From a virus (lineage: Duplodnaviria > Caudoviricetes), in the IMG/VR virus record IMGVR_UViG_3300021256_002629, positions 74,510-138,509 of that record: 64,000 nt of DNA; one strand, written 5' to 3'. Each line of letters opens with the position of its first letter. Position 1 is the stretch's first letter. This document shows, one piece after another, positions 1 through 8,724 of this stretch. Below the pieces are notes generated by a model, which had not been told where the DNA came from, searched no databases, and worked only from the letters and a program-made list of their open reading frames with translations. Made by a program: the position numbers and the translations under genes.

Positions 1-5
1 CTATA

Positions 6-440
6 TTGACAGAATGGATTGATAATTATTTTATTGGAAAGTTTAGGATCCTTTTGGTTTGTGCAGAAGGATTTATCTATTATGACTTGGAAGGAAATAA
101 AACTAAATTAAATCTTTCAGAAAGTTGTGAAAAGATAAAGAATAATGAAGTTGATATAATTCCATCTACTTCTTCAGGTTATCGTGCATTAGATTTCCCT
201 AATCTTGAAAATATTCTTTTGATACAAGGAAAAGTTGCTGGTGTTGTTCTTCAATCTGTAGGCCGTGTCGCTAGAGGAAAACACATGAATATAATTACAT
301 TAGAAAGTAAGTCTGATAAAAATATTCCAGTGTTTACTAAAGGATGTGCTGAAAGAAATGAGATGATTCATGGATATTATAAGTATTGTGAAGTAGTAGA
401 CAGTGTTATATATGAAGAACAGCTAAATAAAGAAGATTAA
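6..440 (+). CDS. C-terminal part of a superfamily 2 helicase (gene begins before the window)
   Basis: STSSGYRALDFPNL resembles SF2 motif V and LQSVGRVARG resembles motif VI (QxxGRxxR); frame is open to the window edge. Confidence 0.7.
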   Translation: MTEWIDNYFIGKFRILLVCAEGFIYYDLEGNKTKLNLSESCEKIKNNEVDIIPSTSSGYRALDFPNLENILLIQGKVAGVVLQSVGRVARGKHMNIITLESKSDKNIPVFTKGCAERNEMIHGYYKYCEVVDSVIYEEQLNKED

Positions 441-447
441 AAAAAAC

Positions 448-493
448 AAAAATAAATAAAGAGAGTTTTGTATATTCTCTTTATTTATTTTTT
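448..493. terminator. Bidirectional intrinsic terminator between convergent genes
   Basis: Inverted repeat aaaaataaataaagaga ... tctctttatttattttt with A/T tails on both sides. Confidence 0.7.
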
Positions 494-495
494 AA

Positions 496-1176
496 TCAAC
501 TCCAACTATTCAAGACTTCCGTTACCCATTCTTTAATTTCTTCCAAATCTGTCCCTATCATTCGGGGTTCTATAAATTTGTTTTTCATAGACTGAGCTTG
601 ACGTACGAATATGCAGTCCGGTACAGTAGGGCCCATTGGAGCAAGTTCTATGGATTTTATTTTAGATGGACCATTTATTTCAATATTCCAATAGGCTTTT
701 TGAAAATTAGTAACATGATAATTATTAACTTTATTATCAGCTGCTAAACACTCTTCTACAATACTTAACGCTTTAACTCTTTCTTCTTTTCCTTTATTAT
801 AATAATTAATAGCGGATATAAGGAATTCGTTAATCTTATTTCTTACTTTAAGCTTTAGTTTCTCGCTATTTTTAGCTAATTTGTCAGCATCAACTTCTAA
901 TATAGAAAAATCTTCCATAATTTCAGGAATATTACTCTTCATTGAGATTGTTACATGGCCTCCAACTGACGTAGGCATGATTTTTACCTCGAAGCCTAAA
1001 TGCTTTAATGATTTTTCTGTAATAGTTATCGTAAAAAAGCAATTATCTAGAAATGTTGCGTTTTGTGTCGTTATATCTATACTATCTCCGAGAAATGATT
1101 TAGTCGATTCAAATTCCTGCTCTATTGGTGAGTAAATTAGTTTCGATATTAAATCAATTAGTTCTTTTGAAGCCAT
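496..1176 (-). CDS. Hypothetical protein
   Basis: 226-aa ORF with its own CTTATATATG motif on the minus strand at 1209-1218 and a terminator downstream. Confidence 0.7.
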   Translation of the reverse strand: MASKELIDLISKLIYSPIEQEFESTKSFLGDSIDITTQNATFLDNCFFTITITEKSLKHLGFEVKIMPTSVGGHVTISMKSNIPEIMEDFSILEVDADKLAKNSEKLKLKVRNKINEFLISAINYYNKGKEERVKALSIVEECLAADNKVNNYHVTNFQKAYWNIEINGPSKIKSIELAPMGPTVPDCIFVRQAQSMKNKFIEPRMIGTDLEEIKEWVTEVLNSWS

Positions 1177-1208
1177 TTTGTTATTATATTTTAAAGTTAA
1201 TTTAACTA

Positions 1209-1280
1209 CATATATAAGTAAACTAGACCTGACTACATGTGTAAAATGCCGTATTAAAGCACAAAAAACATTATATATGA
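1209..1280. promoter_or_regulatory. Divergent pair of putative phage promoters (YTTATWWWTG)
   Basis: CTTATATATG on minus at 1209-1218 and TTATATATGA on plus at 1271-1280; the same motif recurs upstream of many operon starts. Confidence 0.55.
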
Positions 1281-1321
1281 AAGAAAAGAGAGAATGATAA
1301 ATAAATTAACAAAACACGACA

Positions 1322-2746
1322 ATGAATAATTTTGAGTTACTTTATTCACTTTTTAATCAGTATTTGTTTACGGAAGCAAAGAATAATATTTTAAACATTA
1401 AATATTATTTTGATACAAATCCTTCTACTGCTGGTAATCCATTAGTCGAGAATATGTTAGCAGCTATCAGAGATTATGAGTTTGAAGCTATAGCATTTCC
1501 ATTATTTCAGTCTATTATGATGAAGTGTGGTAAATCTGAAGCTGAGAGTTCTAATATTATGGCCGAGATTATGAAATGGAAGGGGTATTCTAAGGAACAA
1601 ATGCTTCCCGCAAAAGATTTCTTAGAAAAAGTCTGTGCTAAAGTAATATTAGATAGAATAGGAAAAGCTTGTGAAGGTTCTCCAATAGAATATATAAAGC
1701 AAATAAAGAAATTAGATCTTCAATTATCAACTCCAGACATTTTTAGTACTACGGATTTTGATAAGATTGATATTAATTCTTTAGTGGCTGAGGCTAATAA
1801 CGGCTTTATTCCTTCTCACTATTCTTGGATTAATGATACTTTTGCTCCTTATCCTGGTTATGAAAAAGGGCAGATCGTTATAGTATGTGCTGCTCCAGGA
1901 ACAGGTAAATCTCTTTTCATGATGTCAGAGGCTCTTCATATGGCTGCTGCTGGTAAAAAGGTTTTGTATGTAGGAATGGGCGATAATAAACTTAAAGATT
2001 TTGTTATACGTCTTGGAGCAATGTATACAGGCCAGACCTTTGGAGATACTATGAGACATATTGGGGATGTTTATAATTCACTAAAAGCTGTACTTAGAGG
2101 GAATCTAAAGCTTTCTATCAATCCAGCTGGAAAAGTTTCTGCTGATAAAATTGTAGAACATGTAAAAGCTAATCCGGATCTTGAAGTAGTAATTGTTGAC
2201 TATGATTCAAATATGAAGGGAGTTGATGGCGATAATATGTATTCCTCTTTTGGTTCAGTTTATGAAGAATTAACTGAACTTACTCAATTAAATAAGCTAG
2301 TGTTTATAGGATCTCAGACTAAAACGGATTCTTGGGACAAAGAGGTTATTAATATGCGAGATGTAGGTGAATCAAGTCGTAAGCAGCATTCAGCAGATAT
2401 GATTATTGGTATTGGAAAAGTTATAAGCTGTCCTAATCATGTTCATTGTTTTAATATATCTAAGAACCGACGAGGAGAGCTTGATGTTAAGTCTTATAGT
2501 ATTCGTCTCGGTAATGGTAGATTTTTTCCTATTTGTAAAGCTTTGTATGACGAGCTTAAAACAAAACAAGAAAAAATAAATTATACAGAACAGGAGATTA
2601 CAATGCTTAATGAACAGTTCCTATCTAGATCACAGAGCATATATAACGCTATTAATAATGCAATTACATCTCCTTCACCCTTAGGTAGTGCTAATAATAT
2701 TACTAGACAACAACCAAACGTAAAAAATAATCCGTTTTCTCATTAA
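1322..2746 (+). CDS. DnaB-like (SF4) replicative helicase
   Basis: Walker A AAPGTGKS, Walker B VIVDY, then GSQ, ESSRKQHSADMIIG and KNRRG motifs of DnaB/gp41-type helicases. Confidence 0.85.
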   Translation: MNNFELLYSLFNQYLFTEAKNNILNIKYYFDTNPSTAGNPLVENMLAAIRDYEFEAIAFPLFQSIMMKCGKSEAESSNIMAEIMKWKGYSKEQMLPAKDFLEKVCAKVILDRIGKACEGSPIEYIKQIKKLDLQLSTPDIFSTTDFDKIDINSLVAEANNGFIPSHYSWINDTFAPYPGYEKGQIVIVCAAPGTGKSLFMMSEALHMAAAGKKVLYVGMGDNKLKDFVIRLGAMYTGQTFGDTMRHIGDVYNSLKAVLRGNLKLSINPAGKVSADKIVEHVKANPDLEVVIVDYDSNMKGVDGDNMYSSFGSVYEELTELTQLNKLVFIGSQTKTDSWDKEVINMRDVGESSRKQHSADMIIGIGKVISCPNHVHCFNISKNRRGELDVKSYSIRLGNGRFFPICKALYDELKTKQEKINYTEQEITMLNEQFLSRSQSIYNAINNAITSPSPLGSANNITRQQPNVKNNPFSH

Positions 2747-2751
2747 GATTT

Positions 2752-3570
2752 ATGAATGAATTAAATATAGTGCTTAGTGCAAAGAAGATTCTATCAGTGA
2801 ACTCGTTGTATAGTGCAATGATAGTGAATAAGAATGGCAGAGTTTTTCCAACAATCTATAAATCTAAGGAGGCGAAATCTGTAGAAGCTTGGATAGGAGA
2901 ACAAATAAAATCCCTAAATATTCAAGATAATTTTCCTTGGATTAAAAAAGATGCGTTATATTCTTATAGTATTAATGTTATCTTTAAAAGCGGATATTTG
3001 TCTAGAGATTTGGATAATACTCTCAAATTAGTGCAGGATGGTATTTTTAGAGCACTTGAGGTTAATGATTCGAGGGTAGTTCAGATATTTGCGAAGAAGT
3101 CTTATATGCCAGGAATTGAAGAAGAAAAAATCTGTATATCATTACGAGAGTTTAGTAATCCTGATGAACTTAAATTTAACTATATTCCAACTCCAACTTT
3201 AATTTGGACCAATGATAGTAGAGTTAAAGAGTCATTAGGTTTAAATGAGTTAGGAAAGAGGAAATTGAAGAATACTAAATATACAGTTCCTTCAAAATCT
3301 CAGGCTGATACTAAAATTTATTATATTAAAAGCGATGAGATAACCTACAATACCTTTGGTGAAATTTATCTAGACGTTATGGAAAACCTAGCATCTTCTA
3401 CTGGACTGGTTTATATTGCCGTAGATGATGCTGTTAAAGACCAAGAAAAAATACAAGCTTTAGAAAATTTTTGCAAAAGGATAAAAGAGATGTCTAGTCA
3501 GTATTCTGGGATTAGAATTAGACAAGTAGGATCCATTGCTGATATTAAAACTTGGATTGAAGAAAAATGA
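2752..3570 (+). CDS. RusA-like Holliday junction resolvase with C-terminal extension
   Basis: SVNSLY near N-terminus and RDLDNTLKLVQDGI...NDSRV match the RusA DxDNxxK..D..DD signature. Confidence 0.75.
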   Translation: MNELNIVLSAKKILSVNSLYSAMIVNKNGRVFPTIYKSKEAKSVEAWIGEQIKSLNIQDNFPWIKKDALYSYSINVIFKSGYLSRDLDNTLKLVQDGIFRALEVNDSRVVQIFAKKSYMPGIEEEKICISLREFSNPDELKFNYIPTPTLIWTNDSRVKESLGLNELGKRKLKNTKYTVPSKSQADTKIYYIKSDEITYNTFGEIYLDVMENLASSTGLVYIAVDDAVKDQEKIQALENFCKRIKEMSSQYSGIRIRQVGSIADIKTWIEEK

Positions 3571-3977
3571 AAGAGAATAAGGATGAAGAAATATTTAGAA
3601 TTATAGTTTGTGGAAGTAAAGATTTTTGCAATTATGATTTATTGAAAAAGAAATGTGATTATTATATTTCATCTAGACTAGAGAAAGGGAATAAAATAGA
3701 AATTATATCAGGCGGAGCTAAAGGAGCAGAATCTTTAGGAGAAAAATATGCAAAAGAGAAAGGATATAGTTTTAAAGTTATTCCAATTCAATGGGACAAG
3801 TATGGAAAACGTGCTGGTTATCTCAGAAATTCAAAAATGGCTGAAATAAGTAATGCCTGTATAGCTTTTCTATGTAAGAATGAAGAAAGTAAAGCTAAAG
3901 GAATAGAAATGATGATAAATATAGCCAGAGAAAAACATCTTTTGGTTAGAGAGGTAATTAGCAAAAATGATAAATAA
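3567..3977 (+). CDS. YspA/DUF2493-like SLOG family protein
   Basis: IIVCGSKDF, IISGGAKGA and WDKYGKRAGYLRN motifs. Confidence 0.8.
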   Translation: MKENKDEEIFRIIVCGSKDFCNYDLLKKKCDYYISSRLEKGNKIEIISGGAKGAESLGEKYAKEKGYSFKVIPIQWDKYGKRAGYLRNSKMAEISNACIAFLCKNEESKAKGIEMMINIAREKHLLVREVISKNDK

Positions 3978-3992
3978 TATAAAGTGTTTATT

Positions 3993-4151
3993 ATGATTGA
4001 AGAATATTTATTGAAATTACTAAAAGTGTTATTAGCAGTAGCATTACCATTTATAATGCTGTTGATAATAATTATTACTCTCCCACTATTACTACTAAGT
4101 CTACCAATAATAGCAGTAGTAAGAGTGACTGGAGAAGGAGAAGATAGTTGA
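3993..4151 (+). CDS. Small membrane protein (52 aa, not in ORF track)
   Basis: ATG 3993 to TGA 4151, MIEEYLLKLLKVLLAVALPFIMLLIIIITLPLLLLSLPIIAVV..., long hydrophobic run. Confidence 0.45.
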   Translation: MIEEYLLKLLKVLLAVALPFIMLLIIIITLPLLLLSLPIIAVVRVTGEGEDS

Positions 4152-4305
4152 ATTTTAAAGGCGCAAATTCCTAAGAAGGGGTTTGCGTTTTCTTTTCTCC
4201 TAAAACTCTGATTTAATTCTTCAAAATCCTTATTCAAGATAGATATATACATTATCTATTACCGAATAAATTTAATTATAAAATCTAATAAAAGTATTAT
4301 TTATT

Positions 4306-5397
4306 ATGATGATTGATGACGATGATTTCTACATGGATGACGACGATGGTGGTGAAGGAAGTTTGCTCATTGTCCCCACAGAAGACGAAGGTGAAGGTGG
4401 AAGTGGAGAAGGCGAGACCCAGGTAGATGATCTAGGTGGAGTAGTAGGTAAAACAGATAAAAATGCATATTCAGAAGATGGTAAAATCTCTCCGTATAGT
4501 GTGGGTTTGATGATTATTTATGATAATATTAGATCACTCGCATCTAAATCAGTGGATTGGGATCAGACTATTTTCGATATAGTTACTCAGGTACTTACTG
4601 CAGACCCATCAAATACTGAAAAAGCCTATATACAGAAAGAAGTTCGAACTCTTCTTAATAGACAAGGTAAAAGCCGAATCTTATCTACTAATTATGACCC
4701 ATCGGGATTAATGACTAGTGAGGATGTCGATGAGGATTATACAAAAACTGGTGAAGGAGCAACGGCATCAGATTTAAGTGAAGATGCTAGAAATCAAGTG
4801 GCTAGATTTATTGATTATTTAGCTAAACGTGATTTGAGCAGAGATAATTTAAGCAATAAGAAACGAAAAAGAAGACATATTCCTGCTTTTATTATTTTCT
4901 TATTCAGTGCTGGTATGTATGATCTAATAATAAATTGTCCAACTTTGCCTGAACTATATAAGAAGGAAGTTGACAATGCCTTTAAATCTCTAACTAAATC
5001 GAAACTTGATATGGTTGAACTTTTAGCTAGAAGATATGAAGAGAAAGGTCGACCTGCGGTAGCTGAAAGAGTTCGAAAGATGGGAATTTCTTGGTTTGAA
5101 AGAGAACCTTCTGAAATTAGAACCTTAGCTTCTTATCGTGATTTGGACTTGACTTCAGAGGATGTCATGATTTACAAGGAATATAAGAATAAGTTTTCAA
5201 ATATTTCAAGAAACATTACTCAAGAGGTTATGTCTAAGCTGATTGCAGTCTATCAAGAGGACGGCACTTTCGAAACATTGAAAGATAAAACAAGGCAAGA
5301 GGCTGTGGATGAAGTTAAGAGATTATTTACAGAATGGTCTAAAAGTAATCCGATTGATTCTGAAATGGCACGAAATATTATCTGGAAGAAAATTTAA
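4306..5397 (+). CDS. Hypothetical protein with acidic N-terminus, first gene of RNA polymerase operon
   Basis: 363-aa ORF, D/E/G-rich first 45 aa, ends 18 nt before beta' start. Confidence 0.75.
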   Translation: MMIDDDDFYMDDDDGGEGSLLIVPTEDEGEGGSGEGETQVDDLGGVVGKTDKNAYSEDGKISPYSVGLMIIYDNIRSLASKSVDWDQTIFDIVTQVLTADPSNTEKAYIQKEVRTLLNRQGKSRILSTNYDPSGLMTSEDVDEDYTKTGEGATASDLSEDARNQVARFIDYLAKRDLSRDNLSNKKRKRRHIPAFIIFLFSAGMYDLIINCPTLPELYKKEVDNAFKSLTKSKLDMVELLARRYEEKGRPAVAERVRKMGISWFEREPSEIRTLASYRDLDLTSEDVMIYKEYKNKFSNISRNITQEVMSKLIAVYQEDGTFETLKDKTRQEAVDEVKRLFTEWSKSNPIDSEMARNIIWKKI

Positions 5398-5415
5398 TAA
5401 ACAATAAAAATTATT

Positions 5416-6548
5416 ATGGCAGTTTCTCTAGAATTACTAACAGATGATGCTATTCTTGACTACACCAGATCAAATGGTGAAGATCATATTATTTATGACT
5501 GGCATGATGTCGAGTTGATGAAAACTAGCAGCATCCATTGTACGCAAGGAGGTATTTATGATCCTGTAACATTTGGATCTCCTATTGCCGATAGATGCGT
5601 TTGTGGTAAAATTCGAACTCCTACCCCTTATCCATGTCCAAACTGCGGAACCCGAGTTTTTTCAAAGGAGGAAGCTCTCAGAAGGTTTGGAAGAATAGAA
5701 TTGCCCTTTTATTATTTAAATGAGCTTAGATTTGACGTTTTTAAAAATTTATTTGATGATATTTTTAAAGACAGCGTAATAGATCTAAAGTTCTCTGGAA
5801 ATTTAAAGGCAGGCGGATATTCGAGTGATAGGGCTGGTAGAAAGTTGGGTATTAAGGTATTTGATTCTTGTCAGTTTGAATATGACGGAAAGAAGAAAAT
5901 CCTTACTATCACAGAATTTATTACTGATCTAGATAAGTGTTCTTATGAAGGATTGTATAGTATTATAAACGAGCATTTTCCTTCTAGATTACCAGAATAT
6001 AGACAGTTAATAAATAAATATTATCTAGTTTTACCATCTATCATGAGACCTCCACGGGTATCAAGAGTTAACGGAAAGGCTAAGATGAATGTTCCTGGAC
6101 TAAGCCAATGGTATAGTTTGGTTGTTCGTCTTTGCTGTGGAGATTGTGAAGTTGGTAAAAAGAATTTTAATACAGTACTAGATTCTATAGATGATGTTGG
6201 CGTTAAGGCTAGATATATTGCAATTTTACGAGCTTTCTTGAATTCAGGAAAGAAAATTGCAACTAACCTTCTTAATTCTTCTAAGGAGAATTTCGCCAGA
6301 GAGGTTTATGCGGTACGAACAAAGAACTCTGCAAGATGTCCAATTGTTCCATCTACAACACTGCCGATAGATGAACTTGGAGTACCTAGACATATTGCTT
6401 ATGAGATGTGTCGAGAGGGATTCATGAAATACTTAGTTGATGAATTGAATTTCACTCCAAAACAGGCTGAAACTTCAGTTAAGGAAGAAAGTGATAATGA
6501 AGAACTCCAAAAATTGTTTAAGGAGTATGCAGAGAAACAAATCGTGCT
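5416..6548 (+). CDS. rpoC: RNA polymerase beta' subunit, exon 1
   Basis: Zn finger CVCG...CPNC, RFGRIELP, MRPP, SARCPIVP; exon ends at U6548 by P1 pairing. Confidence 0.9.
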
Positions 6549-7398
6549 AGGGCTTTATGACGATAGAGGCCTCATGGTACGTTAGGTGAAAATCCTACGT
6601 TAGAGCTGGCTTGATGCTGGTTAATAATGAATTTCGGGAATTGCTGGAAAGAGTCGAATACACTCAATCAGCAGCTAAGACTAAAAGTGAAGATTAATTA
6701 AAACCACTTCTAATATGATAACAAGCAATAGTAATCAATACTTTAATTGCAATCTCAGTGGTACTTCTTCTCCATTCAACAGATCTGAACACATGAAACA
6801 ACTTCACGCTTCTGGTAGATATCTAGGAACGTCAAAGATTGGAATTTGGAATCAGTCTGATGAAAAAAGAGAAAGAATGAAAGAGATTCGTGAAAGAAAT
6901 CTCTTAGATAAATCTTCTCATGGATATGGTAGTGAGTATCATATGAGACTTGCTAATAAAACTTTATTACATAACAAATTTCAGGGGAATGATGGTTTTT
7001 TATACCTACTTGATTTCCCTGATAGTATTAAAGTAGGATTTTCTAAAGATTGGGAAAGAAGAACATCAAGAGAATTATTCCATACTTATTTAGGAGGAAA
7101 AGTTATTTTGATTATTTCAGGACCAACTAGTGAATTAGCAGATTTGGAATTTGATACTATGATTGAATTTCAGAAATATACTAAACTAGATCCTACTAAT
7201 ACTAGGTATACTGAATTCTTAGATAAACGTGAAAAAAGAAAGGTATATGATTTTCTTTTAAAGAGTGTACAACAGAATCCAAATTTAAAATTAGAAATAA
7301 AGAATTCACTTTAGTTTTAGTTCAACGACTATGTACGAAACTTATAAGAATTATAAGAAGATATAGTCTATGCAAGATGGAAACACCTTGAAAAACAG
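6549..7398 (+). mobile_element. Group I intron 1 in beta' gene (850 nt)
   Basis: P1: exon cgtgct (6543-6548) pairs with ggtacg (6576-6581) including U-G; P gaattgctggaaa ~6638, Q aatcagcag ~6666, R ttcaacgacta 7321, S gaagatatagtct 7357; terminal G7398; splicing restores IVL-VNRQPTLH. Confidence 0.88.
6715..7314 (+). CDS. Intron-encoded putative homing endonuclease (GIY-YIG superfamily, T5orf172-like C-terminal domain)
   Basis: Lies between Q and R of intron 1; FLYLLDFPDSIKVGFSKDWERR...LE resembles the YxxxxKIGxxxxxxR pattern. Confidence 0.6.
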   Translation: MITSNSNQYFNCNLSGTSSPFNRSEHMKQLHASGRYLGTSKIGIWNQSDEKRERMKEIRERNLLDKSSHGYGSEYHMRLANKTLLHNKFQGNDGFLYLLDFPDSIKVGFSKDWERRTSRELFHTYLGGKVILIISGPTSELADLEFDTMIEFQKYTKLDPTNTRYTEFLDKREKRKVYDFLLKSVQQNPNLKLEIKNSL

Positions 7399-7510
7399 AG
7401 TAAATCGTCAGCCAACACTCCACGAATATGGTATGTTTGCTATGAAAATGAAATTAGTGGATGATTATGCTATTCACTTCCCAATAGCCGTATGTCAACC
7501 ACTTAACGCT
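7399..7510 (+). CDS. rpoC: RNA polymerase beta' subunit, exon 2 (112 nt, missed by ORF track)
   Basis: Encodes VNRQPTLHEYGMFAMKMKLVDDYAIHFPIAVCQPLNA, the conserved NRxPTLH...NA segment before DFDGD. Confidence 0.92.
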
Positions 7511-7647
7511 AAACAAAAATTGGTGTTATAAAATTCCGTTAAATGCTGGAAAATCTTGTTAAGTCTATAATAGGAGGTTAATATAGGATTTAGTCACCTA
7601 TCCTGAAAATTTATAGAATAGAGACAATCAGCAGGTTAGTAAAAATT

Positions 7648-8166
7648 ATGAAATCAATATCTTTTAAAAGATTACTAGAAATCTCAGAAGGATCCGCAAT
7701 GGATAGCTCTGAGGAAGAAGAATTAACTCGTAAAAATGCAGTTTATATAATATATAATGATTTATTAAATAAGATTTATATAGGAGAGACTGATGACGTT
7801 TATATTAGACTATTTTCATTTTGGAAAGAGGATAAAAGACACGTTACTGGTTCAAATGCTCCGATAAATAGAAAATTTAATAGTGATTATGAAAATACAT
7901 ATTTTAAAGTAGTAGAATATAATTGTAAGAATACGGAAAGAGAGTATTATTGGCATGATTATTATAGAGATAAGTATAATTATGTAATAATAAGTCATCC
8001 TGGAAGGCATGCATGTACTGAATCTGGAAATAAAGGGCTAAAAGCTATCAATAAAGACGGTATTCAGACTTATGTAAGTCCAAAAGATATTCAATTATTT
8101 TTAAATGATGGGTGGTCTTTAGGTGGGGAAATTTACAGTCTCCAAGAACGGATGATCAAAAATTAA
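7648..8166 (+). CDS. Intron-encoded GIY-YIG homing endonuclease, N-terminal catalytic part
   Basis: AVYIIYNDLLNKIYIGETDDVYIRL...EREYYW GIY-YIG pattern. Confidence 0.75.
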   Translation: MKSISFKRLLEISEGSAMDSSEEEELTRKNAVYIIYNDLLNKIYIGETDDVYIRLFSFWKEDKRHVTGSNAPINRKFNSDYENTYFKVVEYNCKNTEREYYWHDYYRDKYNYVIISHPGRHACTESGNKGLKAINKDGIQTYVSPKDIQLFLNDGWSLGGEIYSLQERMIKN

Positions 8167-8531
8167 AAATGTCTATTTCTCATTTAAAAAAGATTCCTTG
8201 GAATAAAGGAATAAGTTTAACTGAGGAACAAAAGTCTCATTATAGAGGGATTAAGAAGAACATTATTAACAAAAGAACTTTTTCAGTAGAGCAATTAAAT
8301 GTTTTATCAAAGATAAATATTGGTAGAGTTAAAATACATAAAAATTTAATTGAAAAACAGGTTCTAAAAGGTGAAGTAGACTCCTATTTATCTAATGGTT
8401 GGATATTAGGAGTAGTAAAGAAAATGGTAAGAGTTTTAGATGATAATGGACGAAAGATAGAGCTTAGAAAATCATCTTGGTCAAGGTATCATAAAAACTG
8501 GATATTAATAGAAGAATTTCTATCTGACTAA
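8112..8531 (+). CDS. NUMOD3-like DNA-binding C-terminal part of the same endonuclease (in the -1 frame)
   Basis: RTDDQKLKMSISHLKKIPWNKG and YLSNGWILG motifs typical of GIY-YIG/HNH homing endonuclease tails; overlaps previous ORF. Confidence 0.6.
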   Translation: MVFRWGNLQSPRTDDQKLKMSISHLKKIPWNKGISLTEEQKSHYRGIKKNIINKRTFSVEQLNVLSKINIGRVKIHKNLIEKQVLKGEVDSYLSNGWILGVVKKMVRVLDDNGRKIELRKSSWSRYHKNWILIEEFLSD

Positions 8532-8724
8532 TAGAAATTTACTAACCCCAACGACTATCCCGTAGAAGTCTCTTATAAGAGGCGGAGGGAGTACACTAGA
8601 AGTCTAGTGGAAATGCGGAACCCTAAGTAAGAAATTAGGTGAAGATATAGTCTCAACTATACAGAAATGTATAGCAGTTCATAAGAGAACGTATATAGAG
8701 TAACGACCTATATAGAAGAAATTG

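Larger units (their letters stand above)
7511..8724 (+). mobile_element. Group I intron 2 in beta' gene (1214 nt), inserted in NA/DFDGD
   Basis: P1: taacgct (7504-7510) pairs with ggtgtta (7522-7528); P10 aaaatt with exon 3 gatttt; P aaatgctggaaa 7541, Q aatcagcag 7626, R caacgacta ~8549, S gaagatatagtct 8641; terminal G8724. Confidence 0.9.

Noticed and set aside
3818-4252. 144-aa minus-strand ORF
   Set aside because: Overlaps two plausible + strand genes; low-complexity antisense translation
6549-6585. TAG readthrough or alternative genetic code (as in some gut jumbo phages)
   Set aside because: This TAG lies inside intron 1; long genes are intact under the standard code and TAG/TGA end normal genes (e.g. 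26833, 42957)
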